From contig CAZRIV010000001.1 in assembly GCA_964600235.1 (NCBI GenBank), positions 286,727-350,726 on the forward strand: a DNA stretch of 64,000 bases. Direction: 5' to 3'. This DNA is from an uncultured Bacteriovoracaceae bacterium. GTDB taxonomy: Bacteria; Desulfobacterota; Desulfomonilia; UBA1062. Both the position numbers and the translations under genes were made by a program. Within the stretch, counting starts at the first letter, position 1, and each line of letters begins with the position of its first letter. Shown here piece by piece: positions 56,786 to 64,000 of this stretch. The notes under the pieces were generated by a model, which searched no databases, had not been told where the DNA came from, and saw nothing but the letters and a program-made list of their open reading frames with translations.

Positions 56786-59700
56786 TCACGACAGTGAGTA
56801 GAGTATCTCCCGTATCTCCTTCGGCATGTCCTTGTCCCTGAGCGGGATCTCCACAAGGCCTTCGGGCCTTAACCTTCCCATTCTCTTCGTGACAAAGGCA
56901 ATTATCCTGTCCAGGTCGATAATGCTATCACGGCTCAGGTACAACCTCAACATCTCTTCGTTGATATCGAGCTTTCTGAACCTCTTCTTCTTCATGACGT
57001 CACGGAGCTCGGATATGAGGAGCAGGGATTTGACCGGGGCCGGCAAAGGGCCATAGAGGTCCTTGAGCTCTTCGGTCATGGCGGCGAGTTCGTCGCTCGA
57101 TGCCGAGAAGAGCCTCTTGTACAGTCCGAGCCTCAAGTGCTGGTCAGGACAATAGTCCTCCGGGATATAGGCATCCAGGGAAATCCTTATCTCCGGGTCG
57201 ATCTCGGGCAATGCCTGCCTGCCCTGGAGATGATCCACCGCCTCCTTGAGCATCTCCTGGTAAAGCTCGTACCCGATGGCCGTGACATGACCCCACTGGG
57301 CCTGGCCGAGTATGTCGCCCACGCCGCGTATCTCCATATCGCGCATGGCCATGTGGAATCCTGCGCCGAGCGATTCATACTCCTTTATGGCCGCAAGCCT
57401 CTTGTGTGCGTCTTTCGTGATCTGTCCGACCTCGGGAAGGAGAAGAAGGGCATGGCCCTTGATCTTTGACCTGCCCACCCTTCCCCTGAGCTGGTAGAGG
57501 TCCGCAAGGCCGAACTTGTCCGCCCTGTTTATGATGATGGTATTGGCGTTTGTGATGTCCAGCCCCGAGCTGATGATGGCCGAGCTTACGAGCACCGTTA
57601 TGCTGCGATCCATGAAACTGCTCATGACCTTATCCAGCCTGGCCCTGGGCATCTGGCCGTGAGCCACCCCGATCCGTGCACCGGCGCACAATCCCTGGAT
57701 GTGCCGTGCCATGGCATCGATGGTGGCGACCGTATTATGGACAAAGAATGCCTGGCCTCCCCGTTCGAGCTCCCTGGTGATGGCCGAGGCAATGGCCTCG
57801 TCGTCGAAACGGGTGACCACGGTGTCTATGGATTTCCGCTCCGCCGGGGGCGTCTCGATCACCGAGAGTTCCCTCAGCCCGGAAATGGCCATGTTCAGGG
57901 TGCGGGGTATGGGCGTTGCCGTGAGCGTGAGCACATCCACATTCGCCCGGAAGGATTTGATCCTCTCCTTGTGCTGCACGCCGAACCTGTGCTCTTCATC
58001 CACGATCAGGAGCCCCAGGTCCTTGAATTTCGTCTTTTCCGAGAGCAGTGCATGCGTGCCTATGATGATGTCCACCCGGCCCGCTTCCAGGGCGGCGAGT
58101 ACCTCTTTTCCCCCGGCGGAGGTGCTCATGCCTGAAAGGGCCTCAACAAGTACCGGCCATCTCGACATCCTTTCCCTGAAGGTCATGAGGTGCTGGCGTG
58201 CGAGCAGGGTCGTGGGCACAAGCAGCGCCACCTGCTTGCCCGACATGACCGCCGCAAAGGCGGCACGTAACGCGATTTCGGTCTTGCCGTACCCCACGTC
58301 CCCGCAGACGAGCCTGTCCATCGGACGCAGCGAGGCCATGTCCGCATAGGTCTCTTCCACCGCCTTGAGCTGGTCATCGGTCTCGTCATAGGGGAATGAA
58401 TCCTCGAACTCCTCTATGGACGGGCTCGTGACATCGTATGAGATGCCCTGCGCAGCCTGGCGTCTTGCATAGAGCTGGAGGAGTTCGCCGGCCAGCTTCG
58501 CCACCGAGTGGCCGGCCTTGGCCTTGGCGCTCGCCCATCTGGTGCCACCGAGCTTGTCGACGGTGTAATGGTCCGCGTCGCCGATATAGCGCGCCAGGAG
58601 CGAAAGCCGGTATACCGGGACATAGAGCCTGTCTCCCCCGAGGTATTCCAGCAGAACGTAATCGCTCAGGTTGCCGTCAATCTCGAGCCTCACCACCCCC
58701 TTGAAGATGCCTATGCCGTTGTCCCGGTGCACGACCGCGTCGTCCAGATTGAGCTGGGTAAAGGGATCGAATATGGGCGGTCCTGACGGCCCCCTTCTCC
58801 TCTTCCTCCTGGCGCCGAGCATCTCCTCGGCGGAGATGAGCGCCACCGCATGCCCGTTCAGGACGAAACTCGACGAGAGCGACCCTTCCAGCATGCGCAC
58901 CCGGCCGCCGAAGCCCCCGTGATGCATGAGAAACTCGGCATTGCCGGGCTCGGGTTTGTACCCGCGGCTCTCAAACGCGTATTCAATGCGTTCGGTCAGC
59001 ATGTCTGCACTCGAGAAGATGAAAATATCGACCTTGTCATGGATGAGGCTGGTGATCTTCTCAAAGACGACGTCCACCGACCCGCCCGAAAAGGCTTCGA
59101 AGCTGAGGCGCTGATGCGTCTCGGGTTCGAAGGACTCGGCAAGGGAGGCGGATATCCTCGTCTTGAAACCGCCCATGCGCGTGACGAGCTCGTCCTTTCC
59201 CATGATGATGTCATCGGGCGTGACATGCACCCTCTGCCTGGAAAGGGCACGTTCATGGCCGTGGGCATACGACGCAAAGACTTCATCCCACATGGCGGCA
59301 GCCTCCACGTCATCAGGGCCGAGAAGGGCCGCCTGAGAGGGGAGGAAGTCGAAGATCGTGGAGGCCTTCTCATAGAAGAGCACCAGGTAGGACTCTATCC
59401 CGGGGGTGTGGATGCCCTGCTCCATGTCTTCGATGAGATACCTGGCGTTCGCATCGGTCATCTTGCGCATGGCAGGCCGGGCATTCTTCATGTGAGGATA
59501 GTCCAGGAGCACCTCGCCTGCAGGGAGTATCTCGGCCGAGGTGATGGCACTGCGGGTCCTCTGGGTCTGCACGTCGAATTCCTTGATGGCGGTGATCTCG
59601 TCGCCGAACAGGTCTATCCTCACGGGCGACTTCATGCCCGGCGAAAAGACGTCCATGACCGAGCCCCTGATGCTGAACTGCCCTACATCATCCACCAGGG

Positions 59701-60160
59701 CCTCCCGGATGTAGCCCATGCGCACGAGCCTGAGGGAGAGCTCCTCCCTGTCCAGTTCGTCACCCGTCTTGATGAAGGCGATGCTTCCCAAAAGGTCGGA
59801 CCTGCCCATGGTGAACCCGAGGATGGCCTGCAGGGGGGCGACAACCACGGCTGCTGGTCCCGTGGCCAGGGCATGCAGGGTGTCGATCCTGCGCGCCATG
59901 ATCTCTTTCGAGGGGCTGTCGTCCTGGTAGGGCCTCACGTCATAAGGCGGAAACAACCTTACCTGGTCCGGCTTTACGAAACACAGCAGGTCTTCTTGGG
60001 CCCGGTACATTTCTTCGGCGCTTCTCACGACCCACAGTACTGTCCTTTTCCCCTGACCAAGGACGGATGAGGCGATGAGCGCCTGGAGCGCACAGGGGTA
60101 AAATCCGGCATGAGATATTGATGAGAGCCTCTCGAGAAGACTATCGGCCATGGTCCTCAT
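56786..60160 (-). CDS. mfd: transcription-repair coupling factor
   Basis: 1124 aa; UvrB-homology N-terminus, RNAP-interaction domain, superfamily 2 helicase motifs (DVGYGKTE, DEEHRFG, TLTATPIPRT) and a TRCF C-terminal domain. Confidence 0.95.
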   Translation of the reverse strand: MRTMADSLLERLSSISHAGFYPCALQALIASSVLGQGKRTVLWVVRSAEEMYRAQEDLLCFVKPDQVRLFPPYDVRPYQDDSPSKEIMARRIDTLHALATGPAAVVVAPLQAILGFTMGRSDLLGSIAFIKTGDELDREELSLRLVRMGYIREALVDDVGQFSIRGSVMDVFSPGMKSPVRIDLFGDEITAIKEFDVQTQRTRSAITSAEILPAGEVLLDYPHMKNARPAMRKMTDANARYLIEDMEQGIHTPGIESYLVLFYEKASTIFDFLPSQAALLGPDDVEAAAMWDEVFASYAHGHERALSRQRVHVTPDDIIMGKDELVTRMGGFKTRISASLAESFEPETHQRLSFEAFSGGSVDVVFEKITSLIHDKVDIFIFSSADMLTERIEYAFESRGYKPEPGNAEFLMHHGGFGGRVRMLEGSLSSSFVLNGHAVALISAEEMLGARRKRRRGPSGPPIFDPFTQLNLDDAVVHRDNGIGIFKGVVRLEIDGNLSDYVLLEYLGGDRLYVPVYRLSLLARYIGDADHYTVDKLGGTRWASAKAKAGHSVAKLAGELLQLYARRQAAQGISYDVTSPSIEEFEDSFPYDETDDQLKAVEETYADMASLRPMDRLVCGDVGYGKTEIALRAAFAAVMSGKQVALLVPTTLLARQHLMTFRERMSRWPVLVEALSGMSTSAGGKEVLAALEAGRVDIIIGTHALLSEKTKFKDLGLLIVDEEHRFGVQHKERIKSFRANVDVLTLTATPIPRTLNMAISGLRELSVIETPPAERKSIDTVVTRFDDEAIASAITRELERGGQAFFVHNTVATIDAMARHIQGLCAGARIGVAHGQMPRARLDKVMSSFMDRSITVLVSSAIISSGLDITNANTIIINRADKFGLADLYQLRGRVGRSKIKGHALLLLPEVGQITKDAHKRLAAIKEYESLGAGFHMAMRDMEIRGVGDILGQAQWGHVTAIGYELYQEMLKEAVDHLQGRQALPEIDPEIRISLDAYIPEDYCPDQHLRLGLYKRLFSASSDELAAMTEELKDLYGPLPAPVKSLLLISELRDVMKKKRFRKLDINEEMLRLYLSRDSIIDLDRIIAFVTKRMGRLRPEGLVEIPLRDKDMPKEIREILYSLS

Positions 60161-61436
60161 CCATCAGCCGCAGGCAGGGAAGGGAAACATCCGTTTCAGA
60201 GGCCGGGGCGACCACAGCGTGCCTTGACGCGAGGACTGGCCAGAAAGGCCTGAGGCTGCCGGGCACCTTCATGCGGCCCAGCATTTCCGCGACCCTTTTC
60301 CCCTGTACCCTGTCCCCCCTGAGAAAAGACCTGAGCACCCACGGCCCTTCTCCCTCCAAGGGTAGCCCCACGTGGACGGTTTTCTGTATCTCGGGTATGA
60401 AGAAGGAGCCTTGACCTCCGATCTCCATTCGGTAATGAGGCCCCTGCCCTGTAAGATGAAAGACGAGCAGTTCGCCGTCCAGGGCCACCCTCACCTTCCG
60501 TTTGATGGTGTGCGAACGTGTCTCTCCCCGAAGGACGCCCAGGGCCCGGTCCACCTGGATCGCATCGATCCCTCTGGGTTCATGGGTAAACCCCGAGATG
60601 ATGCGGATGAACATCCGCTTTACAAGGGCTCTCTCCGCGACTTTCAGGTCATCCGCCCTGAAGGACTTGATGATGCCCCAGTCGAAGACGGCCGTGGAAT
60701 CTTCCAGAACTCGGGACATCCTCTCCAGTGCCGTGCCCTCCTCCCTGGCGATGCGGGCGAGGGAGGAAATGGAGTTCACCACCCGGGGATTGATCTTCTC
60801 CATGACCGGGATGACCGCACTGCGGATGAGGTTCCTTGCAAGCCTGGTATCGTCATTGCTGCGGTCGTGAACGTACGGGATGCCCTGCGCAAGCGCATAG
60901 TCGCGCACAAGGCCCTTGGGGATGTCCATCATCGGCCTGATGAGGCCCTGGCTGCTCCGGAAGTCCATCCCCGCAAGGCCCCTGATGCCGGTGCCCCGTA
61001 TGATTCGATACATCACGGTCTCGGCCTGGTCATCGAGGGTATGGCCGGTTGCCGCGCAGGAGAACCCATGCCGGACCATGCACTCCCTTACGGCATCATA
61101 CCTCTTCGTCCTGGCCGCCTCCTCGACATTGGGCGTGCCCGGTGCCATGTTCAGCTTCACGCCGTGATAGGGCAGGGAAAACCCCCGGCACGCCTCCATC
61201 ACGAAACGTGCATCCCTGGAAGAGTCCCCTTTGCGCAGGCCGTGGTCCGCGTGAAATACGCCCAGCTTCAGGCCCAGGCACGTCCTGATTTCCAGCATGA
61301 GATTCAGAAGGACCATGGAGTCGATGCCGCCAGACACGCAGACAAGGACCGAATCGTTCTGCCGTACGGCGCAGGGCCCCTTGATGGCTTCAGTAAAGGT
61401 GCTCAGGAGAGTGTCATGTCCACCTCGGCAATGCAT
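60141..61436 (-). CDS. tilS: tRNA(Ile)-lysidine synthetase
   Basis: PP-loop VCVSGGIDSMVLL and the TilS substrate-binding region; 20-nt overlap with mfd. Confidence 0.85.
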   Translation of the reverse strand: MHCRGGHDTLLSTFTEAIKGPCAVRQNDSVLVCVSGGIDSMVLLNLMLEIRTCLGLKLGVFHADHGLRKGDSSRDARFVMEACRGFSLPYHGVKLNMAPGTPNVEEAARTKRYDAVRECMVRHGFSCAATGHTLDDQAETVMYRIIRGTGIRGLAGMDFRSSQGLIRPMMDIPKGLVRDYALAQGIPYVHDRSNDDTRLARNLIRSAVIPVMEKINPRVVNSISSLARIAREEGTALERMSRVLEDSTAVFDWGIIKSFRADDLKVAERALVKRMFIRIISGFTHEPRGIDAIQVDRALGVLRGETRSHTIKRKVRVALDGELLVFHLTGQGPHYRMEIGGQGSFFIPEIQKTVHVGLPLEGEGPWVLRSFLRGDRVQGKRVAEMLGRMKVPGSLRPFWPVLASRHAVVAPASETDVSLPCLRLMDEDHGR

Positions 61437-61573
61437 TGAACTTTCATTTAGTACCGAAGCGGTTTCCGGTCAAGGTCAACCTGAATACGGGCAGGGGCCG
61501 CGAATCATTAATATGGAAGACCCCGGCGCAACTCCACGCCCGTGACTTGATAGAAAATCAAACTCCCATCTGT

Positions 61574-63517
61574 TCAGAAGATCCTCTTATTATCGGGGAA
61601 AAGCTGGATCTGGTCAAGGCCGAGCAGGTGCTCGTCCTCGTGATTCCCCACATGATGGTATGAGCGCTTCTTCCGGGGTGATGCAAAGGGCTTGAGATCA
61701 TAATCAAGCCTGACCACGTTATATTCCACGCAGGCGTTCATGTGCAGGTTCAGCTTTTCAAAGGCATGCAGCATCTTGGTGTTCTTTTCCCAGATATAGG
61801 CGCGGAACATCTCGAAACCACGTTCCCTGGCCACCTGCATCATGGTGTTGAGCAGGTACGACCCCATGCCCAGGTTCTGCCATGCAGGATGGACCATGAC
61901 TGCGAACTCGCATGTCCTCTTTTCGAATTCCTCTTCGTCGAGAATGATGTGGGCTATGGCGATGATGTCCTTCGATCCGGCACCCGGGCCCTCCACCACC
62001 AGGGCCAGGGAGTTGTCATAGTCGCAGTTCACCATCTGCTGGGCCTGGCGATGATGCAGCGAAGTCACGTGGATGTGGAACCGGTGAAACCGCTCATCGC
62101 TGCTCAGGGAATAGAACAGGTTCTGGACACCCCTTTCGTCCGTGATCTTGACAGGCCTTATCATGAGCTCCTGCCCGCCGAATAGGTGCCAATGCTCGTA
62201 CTTGTCCGGATACAGGGAGTCTTCGGGGGGGAGGACCTGGTCGGGGTAGATATACTTCATCCTCTTCGCCTCTTCCAGCAGCCACCTGCGGAACTTGGGG
62301 TGGGCGATGGTTATGAGCTCGAGCACCCGTTCCCGTATGGACTTGCCGAACAGGTTCACGCACCCGAATTCGGTTACCACGTAGCTCACGTCGGTCTGGG
62401 TGGTGAAGATACCCATCCTGGCCTCGGTGAACCGTGGGACTATCCTTGAAATGCTCCCGTCGCGGGATGTGGACCTCAGGGCGATAATGGCCTTGCCGCC
62501 CTTCGACATCTGGGCGATCCTGTTGAAGTGGGGCTGTCCCAGTGCGCCGAAATGCGCCCCCTTCTCGCCGAGCGCAACGCACGACTGCCCGGTGATGTCT
62601 ATCTCAACAGCGCCGTTGATGGCGACGAACGCCTTCCTCTCAAGGATGACCTGGGGATCGCTCACATGGGCAAGGGGTTCCATCCGGACCTGGCTGTTCC
62701 GGCTTACAAAATCGAACAGGTCTTTCGATCCGATGCACAGTGAAGCGGTTATGGTGTTGCCTTCGGGGATGACCCCTTCCTTGACCAGGTCCATGACGGT
62801 ATCCGTGACGATCTCTGAATGTATGGACAAATCCTTTTTGCCCTTCATGGCCTTCAGCGCGGCGTCGGGTATTCTGCCGAAACCGACCTGGATGGTAGAG
62901 CCGTCTTTCACCAGGCCCGCAACGTTCTCCCCGATCTGCCTGGTCTCGAAATCGAGCTCTTCGGTCGGCGAGGAGATCAGCGGCTCCTCGTATTCCACGA
63001 CATGATCGACCTCTGATATGTGCACGAGGCTCTCGCCGCAGGTGAAAGGCATGTGTGAGTTTACCTGGGCCACCACGATATCCGCGTGCTCTATCATGGC
63101 CCTCACGATGTCCACGGTCACGCCCAGACTCATGTACCCATTCTCATCTGGCGGGCTCAACTGGATGATGGCCGTATTTATCCTTATCGACCCTTCTCGA
63201 ATCAGCCTGTCGAGCATATCGGATGACAGGGGGATATGATCGGTCTTGCCGGAAGAAAACGGGCCGGACAGCCCCGGGGATACAAAGAATGAATGGATCC
63301 TGAACCGTGTGCCCGCCTCGCCCCCGAAATCCGAATAGGTCCTTAAGGGAACGGTCGTATAGACCTGAACGTCGCTGAGGTCCATGTTGCCGAGGATAAG
63401 CTTGCGAACCAGGTGTTGAGGCTCCCCGCAGCCTGATTCCACGAACATGCTGGATCCCGGGTTGATGATACCCTGTATGTCTTCTGCCGCAACCTTCCTC
63501 TTCAGATATTCTTCCAT
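61574..63517 (-). CDS. fusion protein: acetyl-CoA hydrolase/transferase family domain (N-terminal, about 430 aa) plus GNAT acetyltransferase domain (C-terminal, about 200 aa)
   Basis: N-terminal region with the CoA-transferase family III-like pattern (GSGCGEPQHL..., GFGRIPDAAL...). The C-terminus carries GNAT motif A, WQNLGMGSYLLNTMMQVARERGF. 647 aa. Confidence 0.7.
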   Translation of the reverse strand: MEEYLKRKVAAEDIQGIINPGSSMFVESGCGEPQHLVRKLILGNMDLSDVQVYTTVPLRTYSDFGGEAGTRFRIHSFFVSPGLSGPFSSGKTDHIPLSSDMLDRLIREGSIRINTAIIQLSPPDENGYMSLGVTVDIVRAMIEHADIVVAQVNSHMPFTCGESLVHISEVDHVVEYEEPLISSPTEELDFETRQIGENVAGLVKDGSTIQVGFGRIPDAALKAMKGKKDLSIHSEIVTDTVMDLVKEGVIPEGNTITASLCIGSKDLFDFVSRNSQVRMEPLAHVSDPQVILERKAFVAINGAVEIDITGQSCVALGEKGAHFGALGQPHFNRIAQMSKGGKAIIALRSTSRDGSISRIVPRFTEARMGIFTTQTDVSYVVTEFGCVNLFGKSIRERVLELITIAHPKFRRWLLEEAKRMKYIYPDQVLPPEDSLYPDKYEHWHLFGGQELMIRPVKITDERGVQNLFYSLSSDERFHRFHIHVTSLHHRQAQQMVNCDYDNSLALVVEGPGAGSKDIIAIAHIILDEEEFEKRTCEFAVMVHPAWQNLGMGSYLLNTMMQVARERGFEMFRAYIWEKNTKMLHAFEKLNLHMNACVEYNVVRLDYDLKPFASPRKKRSYHHVGNHEDEHLLGLDQIQLFPDNKRIF

Positions 63518-63803
63518 GGCTCTGAAGACCCCCCTGACCCAATAATAAGAGCACTCAATAGTTTCTAGAAAATATCAGCTACCTTAATTAAATACTATGT
63601 ATCGCTACGTATCGGCATGTTCTCACGGCATTATAACAGGCTCTTTCATTGTCTTTTATGCTGTTGTATTTGCAAATGATATTAGATACGCCTGCACCGT
63701 AATAAAATGGTTGAGCTGCATGCTTTTACTTGTTTCACCATTTCCCGGTTTTAAGGTAGTATCCGCACACCATGCACAAGGGAAATGACAGGGGACCCTG
63801 CAC

Positions 63804-64000
63804 ATGAAGATCGTCTTTGCGAGCGACCTCCACGGCCGGCCGGAACTGTATCGACGGTTGTCGGACTTTGCGCTCCGTGTATCGGCCGAGCTTGTCCTTT
63901 TAGGCGGTGACCTGCTCCCCACGCGCATCGCCAACCCCAGGGTGCTCCTGAGTGCGAACGAAGACGACTTCCAGGTGTGCCTGCGCGCACAGATCGAATT
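63804..64000 (+). CDS. metallophosphoesterase (calcineurin-like), 5' part; gene continues beyond window end
   Basis: MKIVFASDLHGRPELY...VLLGGDLLP is the classic metallophosphoesterase motif I/II start. The reading frame is open to the window edge. Confidence 0.5.
   Translation, partial: MKIVFASDLHGRPELYRRLSDFALRVSAELVLLGGDLLPTRIANPRVLLSANEDDFQVCLRAQIE

Noticed and set aside
58850-60070. 406-aa ORF antisense to mfd, and similar long antisense ORFs in uvrA (53081-53851, 54173-55063, 55070-55894) and ppdK (14552-15505, 15911-16483)
   Set aside because: All lie opposite highly conserved housekeeping genes and show no recognisable motifs; long stop-free antisense frames are expected at this GC content.
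63597-63788. 63-aa ORF in the AT-rich divergent intergenic region before the metallophosphoesterase gene
   Set aside because: No RBS, hydrophobic low-complexity product, and it sits where divergent promoters are expected.
1-64000. CRISPR arrays, tRNA or rRNA genes, integrases, transposases, prophage
   Set aside because: No short direct-repeat/spacer arrays, no tRNA-like T-loop or acceptor patterns in the intergenic regions, and no recombinase or transposase-like ORFs were seen. The only repeats are the tandem SBP gene duplication and the intragenic duplication in the secreted protein.

Overview
This 64 kb window looks like a chromosomal core region of a moderately high-GC Gram-negative bacterium, with gene content resembling Desulfobacterota/deltaproteobacteria. 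Almost all of it is coding, with densely packed operons. They are: an aromatic amino acid operon (aroC, aroK-aroB fusion, aroQ) co-transcribed with pepP, efp, accB and an LplA-family gene; a TonB-dependent receptor behind a cobalamin riboswitch; a DAHP synthase preceded by what looks like an attenuator (a Phe/Tyr/Trp-rich leader peptide followed by an intrinsic terminator); tmk and ppdK; lptF and lptG; the MoxR / DUF58 / transglutaminase triad; two hybrid histidine kinases; nrdD and nrdG with tandem NrdR boxes and a response regulator between them; an acyl-activation / sugar-amidotransferase / polysaccharide-deacetylase neighbourhood; the rpsP-rimM-trmD-rplS-rnhB translation operon; two tandem orphan substrate-binding proteins; and uvrA, mfd and tilS. 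I found no CRISPR array, tRNA, rRNA, integrase or transposase. The items most worth follow-up are the aromatic leader-peptide attenuator upstream of aroF, a secreted tandem-repeat protein with a poly-Asp tract and an unusual C-terminal Cys/TM/basic tail behind an AT-rich promoter, a CoA-transferase::GNAT fusion, and an ACP / adenylating-ligase / WbuX-like amidotransferase module next to a PEP-CTERM-locus-type deacetylase. All protein calls rest on motif and family recognition by eye; no database search was run.
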